IMG/VR virus record: IMGVR_UViG_3300020182_000010
Location: 1 to 64,000 of that record
Length of the DNA: 64,000 bases
Origin: a virus
Strand: one strand, 5' to 3'
The position numbers and the translations under genes were made by a program. The notes beneath the pieces are model-generated. The model was not told the DNA's origin. It saw nothing but the letters and a program-made list of their open reading frames with translations, and did not search any database. This document shows positions 40,179 through 48,451 of the stretch, piece after piece (positions within the stretch are counted from its first letter, which is position 1; each line of letters begins with the position of its first letter).

Positions 40179-41435
40179 TTATGCTGCCTTCTGGTCTTTA
40201 AATATTGGCATTACTGTAAAACTAGGCATTGCCTGTTCTGCAATATCGACACCTTTTACCTTGATAGATTCCCATTCAAGATTTGGACTAGTCACCCGAA
40301 CCCATTTCAATACGCCTGCAGCCCAGCGAGTTTGCAGGTCGCACAATGCATCTGACATTAATGGTGTATCACTATCGTCATTGAATGGGCCGTTGATACA
40401 AGCACGATTTGCATCTTTATAAAAACCAGTCTTATCCTTTTTTGGACACCAACGCTCAAGTGCCTCTTCGATTGCCATATCCATTACAAATTCATCAATT
40501 GAACTTGCTTGTTGAGACTTTAAAAAGTGACATACCATTTCAATCATCTGCTGTGGAATACGGTTGCGAACATTTACTGTCTGTGACGCAACAATAGATA
40601 CTGCCCGTGTAAAGATTTCAGCACCATAGCGTTCATAGTCTCGCAATGCATTAGCAATACCAGTACAAGTACGAGGTAAATTTTCTCCACCCTTCTCTAC
40701 AAACGTAATACCATACGATACTTCAACAATCTGATGAACGGCATGCGCATTTTTTACTAACGGTCCAAGATTATCAATATCTAAGTCTTCTGATTGTCGT
40801 GTCAAGTACTGTTGTACTCGGTTGCGGTACTTGTCAAACTCACTTGCTACAAGGCTTCCAATGTTTACACAGCCGTACTGTTCAACATCAACACTCAGGC
40901 TTTCAGACTGTTCAAATTCAACTGGAATGTACCGAACCCCCAAAATAATAGACGCAACGTTACGATGCTGTGCATCATTCATATAGAAACGATCCTCTAC
41001 AACCGAATAACGTGCTAATCCATTAAGTACCTTCTTTGGTTCATATACGAACAGAATATCTTCTAACAAGTGGCGTAGCATAATACCACGCTGAACTGCG
41101 TTGTTCTTGTACATCTTATCAGTTGACTTATACATTTCACGAGGACGTTCAAGTCCCATCGTCATAAGAGCAGTTTCTTCCTGCCAATTCAAATCAATGC
41201 CTAACAGGGCCTTAGACTGCTTTAATACCTTCAATACTTTGTTAACAACATAATAAAGTGAAGGGAATGGTCCCAAGTCGTCGGTAGAGATATATTCTGG
41301 GACAGACTTAATAATTTTTTGCTTTTCATCATATGACACTTCTGAAATTGGACGGCGTTCGCCTACTGGTCCAAAAATCATCGCTAAATCATTTCCCCAG
41401 AGTTGCTTGGGATCTTGTGCAAATGGTACAGACAT
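40179..41435 (-). CDS. ParB/Srx-fold protein (DGQHR/DUF262-like)
   Basis: VQRG...FYMNDAQHRNVASIILG; likely start MSVPF after GAGG RBS. Confidence 0.6.
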   Translation of the reverse strand: MSVPFAQDPKQLWGNDLAMIFGPVGERRPISEVSYDEKQKIIKSVPEYISTDDLGPFPSLYYVVNKVLKVLKQSKALLGIDLNWQEETALMTMGLERPREMYKSTDKMYKNNAVQRGIMLRHLLEDILFVYEPKKVLNGLARYSVVEDRFYMNDAQHRNVASIILGVRYIPVEFEQSESLSVDVEQYGCVNIGSLVASEFDKYRNRVQQYLTRQSEDLDIDNLGPLVKNAHAVHQIVEVSYGITFVEKGGENLPRTCTGIANALRDYERYGAEIFTRAVSIVASQTVNVRNRIPQQMIEMVCHFLKSQQASSIDEFVMDMAIEEALERWCPKKDKTGFYKDANRACINGPFNDDSDTPLMSDALCDLQTRWAAGVLKWVRVTSPNLEWESIKVKGVDIAEQAMPSFTVMPIFKDQKAA

Positions 41436-41467
41436 AGTATTATTCCTCTTCTCTAACTTATACACTC

Positions 41468-41496
41468 TTTATATAGTGATTCGTATAGATTGTCAA
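41468..41496 (-). promoter_or_regulatory. Sigma70-type early promoter with GANTC spacer
   Basis: TTGACA-atctataCGAATCActa-TATAAA. Confidence 0.8.
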
Positions 41497-41513
41497 GTGC
41501 TAAATTTTAATAA

Positions 41514-41876
41514 TTAGTCCCACAAATTTTCATAAAATTCACCAAACAATTTAAAGGCATTGGTAAGCCGTTCTTGTGTTTCTTGCATACACTCCTTGCA
41601 TGCTGGATCAGAAAAGTTTGAACATTTATCAGCACAAATATCACCAGCGTCTATTTCTTTTGCCTTTTGTCCAAATGCCCAAATCATTTCATCTAGGATT
41701 TGGTTCCAACTTTCTTCAGTAAGACCGCTAGGATATCCATGTGTTGTTGCTTTGAGTTGTACAAGCATAGGATGAATAATCATAGCAAGTGTATGATCCA
41801 TACTCCAAGTATCGTGTGGTTCTATTTCAACTCTTGTGGCGCGATTTTTACGATATGGGCCTATTTTGACTCGCAT
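41514..41876 (-). CDS. Phage hypothetical protein
   Basis: 120 aa; DTWSMDHTLA...WNQILDEMIWAF...LFGEFYENLWD. Confidence 0.75.
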   Translation of the reverse strand: MRVKIGPYRKNRATRVEIEPHDTWSMDHTLAMIIHPMLVQLKATTHGYPSGLTEESWNQILDEMIWAFGQKAKEIDAGDICADKCSNFSDPACKECMQETQERLTNAFKLFGEFYENLWD

Positions 41877-41888
41877 AGTCTATACTTT

Positions 41889-42089
41889 CTAATTTATTTG
41901 TTTTGGTCCAGAAGAAGTGAATTCCATGCCATGTGCATTTCCAACATATATTTTTCCATTCCAATTCATTCTAATTCTATTAGTTGCAATATAAGCATCG
42001 AATGATTTACCCGGACGCATATTATCTGCCTCTACTTCAACACTATTGTTATTCATTGTGTTGGTAAGAATTGCTATTGTGTCATACAT
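41889..42089 (-). CDS. Hypothetical protein
   Basis: 66 aa, AAGGA RBS. Confidence 0.65.
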   Translation of the reverse strand: MYDTIAILTNTMNNNSVEVEADNMRPGKSFDAYIATNRIRMNWNGKIYVGNAHGMEFTSSGPKQIN

Positions 42090-42103
42090 TAATTATTCCT
42101 TGT

Positions 42104-42298
42104 TTAATCAAAAAAGTTACCTTCAATCCAATAAAATTCATCAGGGCCATCACTCCAAATGCCATCTTTTGATTTGGGATTACTCCATAACAATTGGCGA
42201 TTTGCTTGTTCCATAACTGAGATTGCTGTAGCACCTTCAAGTGTTACATTATTTCCATATGCAGTGAATGTATATTTTTTCATCGTTGTTACCTTCAA
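42104..42298 (-). CDS. Hypothetical protein
   Basis: ~60 aa ORF in operon. Confidence 0.6.
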   Translation of the reverse strand: MKVTTMKKYTFTAYGNNVTLEGATAISVMEQANRQLLWSNPKSKDGIWSDGPDEFYWIEGNFFD

Positions 42299-42537
42299 TT
42301 AAAATAAACGTGCAGATTATCATATATTGTATCGCCACCGTTCATTAACGCTGTCCCATCAATAAGATAAGTCATATGTTCTTGCTCAACTACAACCTGG
42401 ATATCACCGCCGTATTTGACCCGTGTACTAGTAATATTACCAATGAAAGGTGCACCTGCATAGTATCCACTAACTTCTGAACCTATAGCGTTATATAAGT
42501 TATCCATAAACGTTTTTTCTTCGTATGACACAATCAT
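42295..42537 (-). CDS. Hypothetical protein
   Basis: 80 aa, AAGGA RBS. Confidence 0.65.
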   Translation of the reverse strand: MIVSYEEKTFMDNLYNAIGSEVSGYYAGAPFIGNITSTRVKYGGDIQVVVEQEHMTYLIDGTALMNGGDTIYDNLHVYFN

Positions 42538-42565
42538 TTATTTTTCCTTTACAACATATAAGTTC

Positions 42566-42594
42566 TTTATAAAGTGATTCGGTTATAATGTCAA
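42566..42594 (-). promoter_or_regulatory. Sigma70-type early promoter with GANTC spacer
   Basis: TTGACA-ttataacCGAATCActt-TATAAA. Confidence 0.8.
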
Positions 42595-42606
42595 GAGAAA
42601 AATAAA

Positions 42607-43206
42607 TTATTTTACAAAGGCGCCAATTCTACCGTGTACATCTGGATAATCACGATATGTGTATCCTTTTGGTGGTTCTGTTGAGTCCCCCTTCCAGACT
42701 GGAATAAAATGATTTATATTGCCAGTGAAATCTTCATTTTTTCGAAAGTGAACTTCTATTAATTTATCACCTATAAATTCACAATTCATCCATGGATTCC
42801 TAGGCAAAAGTTCTATTAGGATTTCTGGAAATGGTATTCTGACATCATTTCTCCTCCAAGAACTCCATTTAACAAAAGTGTTTTCTGGTTTGACACCTTC
42901 AACGCATAAAAACTGTGTACCATTGTAGTAGTCAATACTAAAATGTCTACCCTCAAAGAACTCACACCAAAAGTGACCTATTGGTAGGTCCAGAGTTTCA
43001 CCTTCTATCCATGTCTTTTGAGCACCAAGACCAGGTCCCAGCATATTCACACAGGGTCTAACAATATAATTATCTGCTTTGGGGACATCGAGTCCAACTG
43101 GTCCACAGACATAACCTAGTTTGCGAGATAATATTAATTTATCAAGCGCCCAAATATCATTCGGGCTAATATTATGCCAAACAAAATCTTCTGCGCTATC
43201 TTCCAC
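42607..43206 (-). CDS. ATP-grasp-like hypothetical protein
   Basis: YIVRP..N..G.GLGA, FWCEFFEG.HFSIDY, MNCEFI...LIEVHFR. Confidence 0.55.
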   Translation of the reverse strand: MEDSAEDFVWHNISPNDIWALDKLILSRKLGYVCGPVGLDVPKADNYIVRPCVNMLGPGLGAQKTWIEGETLDLPIGHFWCEFFEGRHFSIDYYNGTQFLCVEGVKPENTFVKWSSWRRNDVRIPFPEILIELLPRNPWMNCEFIGDKLIEVHFRKNEDFTGNINHFIPVWKGDSTEPPKGYTYRDYPDVHGRIGAFVK

Positions 43207-43261
43207 TTTTATACTATCCTAAATTTTTTTACTCATACATATATTTATTTAATTTTAAATA

Positions 43262-43600
43262 TTACAGTAATTTTTGTAAATAATAGTATTCATCTACAGC
43301 AAAAGTTCTTCTAATATTTTTATTTCTATTTCTAGTAGGATTTATTGTGTTTCTAGTATATGCAACTATTTCATAATAATAATCTAACCATATAATATTA
43401 TTAGTACTTACAAATACTCTGTAATCATCAGGTATCATACTATGTACTACACTTTTACTATCTTCGAATTCCCATACAATTTGTGGAATTAGTGCATATC
43501 TCTTTTTTATTTCCCATTTATGCATTGGTTCATAATACGATATTGCATACGGCGTTGTTGGTATTCTGCTTGTGGAAGTTTTTGGAATTGATAATATCAT
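43262..43600 (-). CDS. Hypothetical protein
   Basis: 112 aa ORF. Confidence 0.55.
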   Translation of the reverse strand: MILSIPKTSTSRIPTTPYAISYYEPMHKWEIKKRYALIPQIVWEFEDSKSVVHSMIPDDYRVFVSTNNIIWLDYYYEIVAYTRNTINPTRNRNKNIRRTFAVDEYYYLQKLL

Positions 43601-43920
43601 TTATGAAACTTTTTGTATAGTCCAATTAAATTTAGTTTTTTATTTTCTTCTTTTTTAATTGACGATTTTTTTATAGTTACTCGCCACGCCCCAGTATTTG
43701 GGTCAAGTCTTTCACATTCTAAAGCATACGGATCAGAACTAACCCAGCCTTTAAACTCTGTTGCCATAATTCCATGACCAGTGATAACTGTTGTTTTTTT
43801 TATTTTATTTAAGTAACAAATCTGTGTATGGCTACGGTATAATTCCCAAGCACTATGAATTGTATTTCCATGTAAATCTAACTGCATTGTTTTTAATCTG
43901 CATGTATATTCACATCCCAT
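43597..43920 (-). CDS. Stand-alone Smr-domain protein
   Basis: LDLHG, VITGHG, NTGA; likely start MQLDLHG. Confidence 0.8.
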   Translation of the reverse strand: MGCEYTCRLKTMQLDLHGNTIHSAWELYRSHTQICYLNKIKKTTVITGHGIMATEFKGWVSSDPYALECERLDPNTGAWRVTIKKSSIKKEENKKLNLIGLYKKFHK

Positions 43921-44342
43921 ACAAATGTACCACGCATTAACATAGTTTTCATATTATTAGGTTGTGTGAGGTAATGCGGATCTCTATCGTTAATAAAAAC
44001 TACAGCATTCTTTCGTAAATTATATGAGTTTCCTAATAAATTATTAATTTCTGGAACAACTATTGGGGACACATTAATATAAAATATTGATGTAGTATCT
44101 AATATTGGTCTTACCACGCCTCGTTCGTCAAGTGATTCATCGTATTGATCCGCACTTAGGTTTGAAACTTCACTCTTTAATATACCAGCGATAGTTTTAC
44201 TAATATTAGGCATTAATGACATATCATTTGTTTGGATTAAACGTTTAATATCTTTAGAAGTATTATCAGGTATAGTTCCCATAATTTTATAAAATGGCAT
44301 TTTGAATTTCTTCGCTGTATATTTGTCTTGTATTTTACTCAT
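43893..44342 (-). CDS. Hypothetical protein
   Basis: 149 aa ORF. Confidence 0.6.
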   Translation of the reverse strand: MSKIQDKYTAKKFKMPFYKIMGTIPDNTSKDIKRLIQTNDMSLMPNISKTIAGILKSEVSNLSADQYDESLDERGVVRPILDTTSIFYINVSPIVVPEINNLLGNSYNLRKNAVVFINDRDPHYLTQPNNMKTMLMRGTFVWDVNIHAD

Positions 44343-44374
44343 AATTCTTCTACCACTAATAATTAAACTTAAAC

Positions 44375-44698
44375 TTATTTATCGCTACCTTTGTTAATAA
44401 CACCTTCTGTTTTACATTCTTTTATGAAGTTATTATAATGTTCTGGATATTTAATTTGAACATGCTGTACTATTGATTTATAATCACGAGTTTCTGCATT
44501 GTTTAAAACTACATTACCAGTTGAAATATCAATAATAGTAGTCGCGCTGGTCCACCATCTTTTTCTTATTCTAGTTACAAAAAACACTTCCTCAAACATT
44601 TCCCACTCGCCAATTGTCGCAAAGTTTTTAATTGAAGTATTCTGACCGGCAGCCGGTCTAAATTTATGTACTAATACTATATATGCTTTTTTTGCCAT
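44375..44698 (-). CDS. Hypothetical protein
   Basis: 107 aa ORF. Confidence 0.65.
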   Translation of the reverse strand: MAKKAYIVLVHKFRPAAGQNTSIKNFATIGEWEMFEEVFFVTRIRKRWWTSATTIIDISTGNVVLNNAETRDYKSIVQHVQIKYPEHYNNFIKECKTEGVINKGSDK

Positions 44699-44699
44699 A

Positions 44700-45116
44700 T
44701 TATTCTATTACTATCTTATTATCTTTAATAATTATATTATCTCTATTGTTTATATTTATCATACATATAATCCAGTCTTTATTTTTAATTATTTGCGTTT
44801 CTAATTTTATATCATCACACATATTTTCGAGTACATCACTACTATATCCAATAGTATTTGGATCGCCTATAATAACATATTCATACTCTTTTTCTATTAT
44901 TTTCCTTTCACAATATTTTAATGCCCAATGCAAATCATTGGTATCATTTACGAGGATACGAATGTTTCCTTCTTCTATATTACTACGGAAAGGGTTTGGT
45001 GGATCAAGATTAACTGCTATATTATACGAAACCTCACGATGTAACTGCAATAGATAATCATCATATAGTTCTTTACCAATAATAATCTTTGGTTCATAAT
45101 AGTCTTCATATTCCAT
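44700..45116 (-). CDS. Hypothetical protein
   Basis: 138 aa ORF. Confidence 0.6.
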   Translation of the reverse strand: MEYEDYYEPKIIIGKELYDDYLLQLHREVSYNIAVNLDPPNPFRSNIEEGNIRILVNDTNDLHWALKYCERKIIEKEYEYVIIGDPNTIGYSSDVLENMCDDIKLETQIIKNKDWIICMININNRDNIIIKDNKIVIE

Positions 45117-46070
45117 TTAGTTATTACCAATATGCTGTAGTTCAAGTAGTGTTGCGCTTAGATTAATTTCAGGATCTGCTACTAACGCATGATTTACTAG
45201 ACCATCACGAATACAAATGAGTGCGCGTCCTTGCGTAATATCATCTTCGCCAAACCAGATTAGATTTTCATACAACTTTCTATATACACTTTCATACTCT
45301 TGTGCTTGTGCTTTAGAAACAATTAGTTTACGTGCCTCTGCAATCTTACCAATCTGAAATAATGCAACATATTCTAGTACCCAATCGCTTTCACCATTCT
45401 CACCTTGTCCTGGCTGTTGTAGTTTATTATCAACGATTGATTGCTGTACCATATTAATACATTTACGTAAATCTGGATATGCTGATTTAACATAAACGTC
45501 AAGCGTATCAATATCTAAATCAATACCCTCACTGATAAGAATAGTTGCTACTCTTGCAGCAAATTCTTGTTCATCTAATTTCTCAATATGATATCCCTGA
45601 CACCGTGAATGAATTGCAGGAATTACTTTATTAGGATAGTTACATGTAAGAATAAACCTACAAGTCATAGAATATGTTTCCATCATATTACGCAAGATTG
45701 CTTGTGCACTTGGAGATAGATAGTCAGCTTCGTCTAATAATACATACTTGAAGTCGCCACCAAATGGCAGACTACTTGCAAATCCACTAATTTTGGTTCG
45801 CATTGTATCTACATTATTTTCATTTGATGCATTGATAATCATGATATCACCGCCATCAACACCTAATTCATTTAATAGAACCTTCGCAAGTGTGGTTTTT
45901 CCTGTACCGGCTGCACCACTGAATAATAGATGTGGAATTGCTCCACTATCTACCCAAGATTTAACTTGACGTTTTTGTTTCTCGTCCCGGAATACATAAT
46001 CTTTTGTCATGGTTGGACGATACTTTTCTACCCATAATTCTTTCAAGTTCTTCTCCGTATTGATCTTCAA
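45117..46070 (-). CDS. Clamp loader ATPase subunit (RFC small / T4 gp44-like)
   Basis: LWVEKYRP, GAAGTGKT, INASNE, LDEAD, SRC, DLRK. Confidence 0.92.
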   Translation of the reverse strand: MKINTEKNLKELWVEKYRPTMTKDYVFRDEKQKRQVKSWVDSGAIPHLLFSGAAGTGKTTLAKVLLNELGVDGGDIMIINASNENNVDTMRTKISGFASSLPFGGDFKYVLLDEADYLSPSAQAILRNMMETYSMTCRFILTCNYPNKVIPAIHSRCQGYHIEKLDEQEFAARVATILISEGIDLDIDTLDVYVKSAYPDLRKCINMVQQSIVDNKLQQPGQGENGESDWVLEYVALFQIGKIAEARKLIVSKAQAQEYESVYRKLYENLIWFGEDDITQGRALICIRDGLVNHALVADPEINLSATLLELQHIGNN

Positions 46071-46152
46071 ATTTTTGTTCTAGTTCTTTCATGTAGACGG
46101 AATTATCGTTTAACATGTCACTTAGTTTAACATTTTTTACAGTCATTGTCAA
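45961..46152 (-). CDS. Hypothetical protein
   Basis: 63 aa, overlaps the clamp loader 5' end; boundaries uncertain. Confidence 0.35.
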   Translation of the reverse strand: MTMTVKNVKLSDMLNDNSVYMKELEQKFEDQYGEELERIMGRKVSSNHDKRLCIPGRETKTSS

Positions 46153-46164
46153 GTTATACTTTCT

Positions 46165-46521
46165 TTATAATGCACTTTGAACTAAATTCATCATTACTGC
46201 GGTTCCACTAATACTACTGCCAATCATAATAGCACGGTCACTCCACGCCATTCCCACATATACCCATCCGATTGAACTAAGTACATATAAAAATTGTCCT
46301 AGAAATACCATATTTGCACTGATAAGAAATACACCAGTAACGGCTAAAATCATACTAAGCCATTTAACATACCAATCGATAGTACCTGTTGGTGTTGTTG
46401 GTGTAAGGTCCTCGACTTCTGTTTGTAGTTCTGATAGTTCTTGCTTTAATCTCTTGCGTTCTTGTGCATATTCAATCGCAAGTTTTTTAGCATTACTTTC
46501 TTTTAATTCTGTATCTACCAT
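46165..46521 (-). CDS. Hypothetical membrane protein
   Basis: Coiled coil plus three hydrophobic segments. Confidence 0.7.
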   Translation of the reverse strand: MVDTELKESNAKKLAIEYAQERKRLKQELSELQTEVEDLTPTTPTGTIDWYVKWLSMILAVTGVFLISANMVFLGQFLYVLSSIGWVYVGMAWSDRAIMIGSSISGTAVMMNLVQSAL

Positions 46522-46531
46522 TTTTAATCTC

Positions 46532-46849
46532 TTATGCTATTCGTTTTCTCACTGTTCCACTTTTAGTATAGTACGTTTTGCGTACACTATTAAGTCCACC
46601 CTGGACTCGCCCTGGATATTCACCAAGAAATGTTCCAGCACGTAGTTCATCAGGATTGATATATTCTTTATGAAAATGTTCGATTTCATCCCATACATCT
46701 AGCATTGTTTTTGACATTTCATCAAAGAATTGGTCTGAGAAAATAGGATTATCATCTTTGTAATACGCATATGCTGCCATTAAATACCATGGGACCATCA
46801 TATTAATATTGTTCGCAAAGATTTTTGCGGCGGGTGTATCTAGCATCAC
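46532..46849 (-). CDS. Stand-alone NAD-dependent DNA ligase subdomain Ia-like protein
   Basis: YLMAAYAYYKDDNPIFSDQFFD resembles LigA H...YY..D.P.ISD.EYD. Confidence 0.65.
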   Translation of the reverse strand: MMLDTPAAKIFANNINMMVPWYLMAAYAYYKDDNPIFSDQFFDEMSKTMLDVWDEIEHFHKEYINPDELRAGTFLGEYPGRVQGGLNSVRKTYYTKSGTVRKRIA

Positions 46850-46967
46850 TCTACCATTTTAAAAGTTACCGGAATATAGTGTGCATCTAATTCATCACGA
46901 TATTCCATTGCATCTAGTACACAATAAAATGTGCGAGTTACAAGTTTGCCTTTTACATTTCCAGTTA

Positions 46968-47198
46968 TTATATACATTTTACACCAATTTCAGTAAGCAT
47001 TATTTTTGCAAGAGATGTTTTGTCAAGTGTTTGCCTATCTACTGTATCTTCTAGTAACATTTGTACGAGTGTTTCAAACATTAATTGTTCACTATACAAT
47101 AATGCGTCTTTGAAATCTCTCATTTGTTCAGCAGTTTCTAATTGCCATATAGCATCCATCATTAGACATTGTTCTTCTGTTAAATTATAAAGAGTCAT
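46968..47198 (-). CDS. Hypothetical protein
   Basis: 76 aa ORF. Confidence 0.6.
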   Translation of the reverse strand: MTLYNLTEEQCLMMDAIWQLETAEQMRDFKDALLYSEQLMFETLVQMLLEDTVDRQTLDKTSLAKIMLTEIGVKCI

Positions 47199-47209
47199 AT
47201 TATTACCTA

Positions 47210-47464
47210 TTAGAGTAATGATTTAAAGAAATCAATAGAGTTATTCCATAACACTATTACCATATTAAATAGATCAGTTGAAATCCATGTGATAATATCT
47301 ATTGATAGGGTCGCTAACAGATTCGCTGCAAGTAAAATAATAATAATATTTAATTTAAATTTAAGACCTCGCCACATGCTTTTACGTTTTTTCAGTGCAA
47401 TTTTTAATTCAACAGGACTTGCATCATCAAGTCCATATACTACTGCTTGTGTTTTTTTATCCAT
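47210..47464 (-). CDS. Hypothetical membrane protein
   Basis: 84 aa with TM segment. Confidence 0.6.
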   Translation of the reverse strand: MDKKTQAVVYGLDDASPVELKIALKKRKSMWRGLKFKLNIIIILLAANLLATLSIDIITWISTDLFNMVIVLWNNSIDFFKSLL

Positions 47465-47471
47465 AATCTGT

Positions 47472-47666
47472 TTAGTCCATTCTATCTAAGCCGCTATCTT
47501 CACACGGCCATTTTTCAGCATTGTTAGGAAATAAATCATTTAGTATATCATTTACTTCATATACAGTAATCGTGTGCTGTTCATCAACGTGTTTTCGATC
47601 TTTTACTAACTTTAGTAAATAATCTGGAATTTCACTAAGACATTTATAATTAAAGTTATTCATCAA
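47472..47666 (-). CDS. Hypothetical protein
   Basis: 64 aa ORF. Confidence 0.55.
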   Translation of the reverse strand: MMNNFNYKCLSEIPDYLLKLVKDRKHVDEQHTITVYEVNDILNDLFPNNAEKWPCEDSGLDRMD

Positions 47667-47871
47667 ACTTCATATATTCTACTTGTTGGTCACCGTTTTC
47701 TAATGTTCTACGGCTTTTGACTCGGATGAATTTTAATTCTTCTAACTGTTGTAGTAGTACGTCAACGGCATTTGCCGAACCAATTTTACGTCCATGATGT
47801 CTTCCCATCATAAAGATAACACCTGCAATTAATACGGCCCACAATCCAGAAGGTTCTGTAAACATTTCCAT
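47656..47871 (-). CDS. Hypothetical membrane protein
   Basis: 71 aa, AGGAG RBS. Confidence 0.65.
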   Translation of the reverse strand: MEMFTEPSGLWAVLIAGVIFMMGRHHGRKIGSANAVDVLLQQLEELKFIRVKSRRTLENGDQQVEYMKFDE

Positions 47872-47893
47872 TTTTTATCTCCTATACATTAGT

Positions 47894-47922
47894 AATATAT
47901 AATGATTCTATTATAATGTCAA
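47894..47922 (-). promoter_or_regulatory. Sigma70-type early promoter with GANTC spacer (variant)
   Basis: TTGACA-ttataatAGAATCAtta-TATATT. Confidence 0.7.
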
Positions 47923-47926
47923 GTAG

Positions 47927-48355
47927 TTATTTTTTTAATCTATTAATTTCTTCTGCATTCCTTGCAATATTTTCATCTTGTGCCTGATCAATAATAGTTT
48001 TTAGTTTTTGTGCTTTTTCTTCATCACTATCGATATGTAGGTCTTTCTTTATAACTTTTTCTAATTTTAGCATGGGAATGCGTTCATTAGGAACATACCT
48101 CCATGTATATCCTCTATCTGAGTAGATGCCGAATACGGTTTCAGTCATTCCTATTTTAACTATCATGGCTAATTCGCCATCTAGTAATACCTCGTGACCT
48201 TCTTGGAATGCTGGATTCATTTTGAACTTTAGACCTTTAGCAAGGCCTGTTGCAAAGTCTTTAAACCATATTGCAACTACTAATGAAATTAGTACACCAA
48301 TCCACGGTAGTAATAAATCACTAAATTCCATACTCAAAGTATCCAAACTTGCCAT
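47927..48355 (-). CDS. MscS-like (mechanosensitive channel) fragment
   Basis: TM helix, then FKD..TGLAKGL...FQEG..V.LDG....IVKIG...T...VPN. Confidence 0.6.
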   Translation of the reverse strand: MASLDTLSMEFSDLLLPWIGVLISLVVAIWFKDFATGLAKGLKFKMNPAFQEGHEVLLDGELAMIVKIGMTETVFGIYSDRGYTWRYVPNERIPMLKLEKVIKKDLHIDSDEEKAQKLKTIIDQAQDENIARNAEEINRLKK

Positions 48356-48397
48356 ACTTATCCCCTATAATATAAGATATTTATATAAATTGACAAT

Positions 48398-48424
48398 AAA
48401 AAAGCGCCCAGAAGGACGCTTTTT
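48398..48424 (-). terminator. Intrinsic terminator
   Basis: Minus strand AAAAAGCGTCC-TTCT-GGGCGCTTTTTT. Confidence 0.8.
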
Positions 48425-48451
48425 AGTTTTTATAGAACTTTAATCTTGTTG

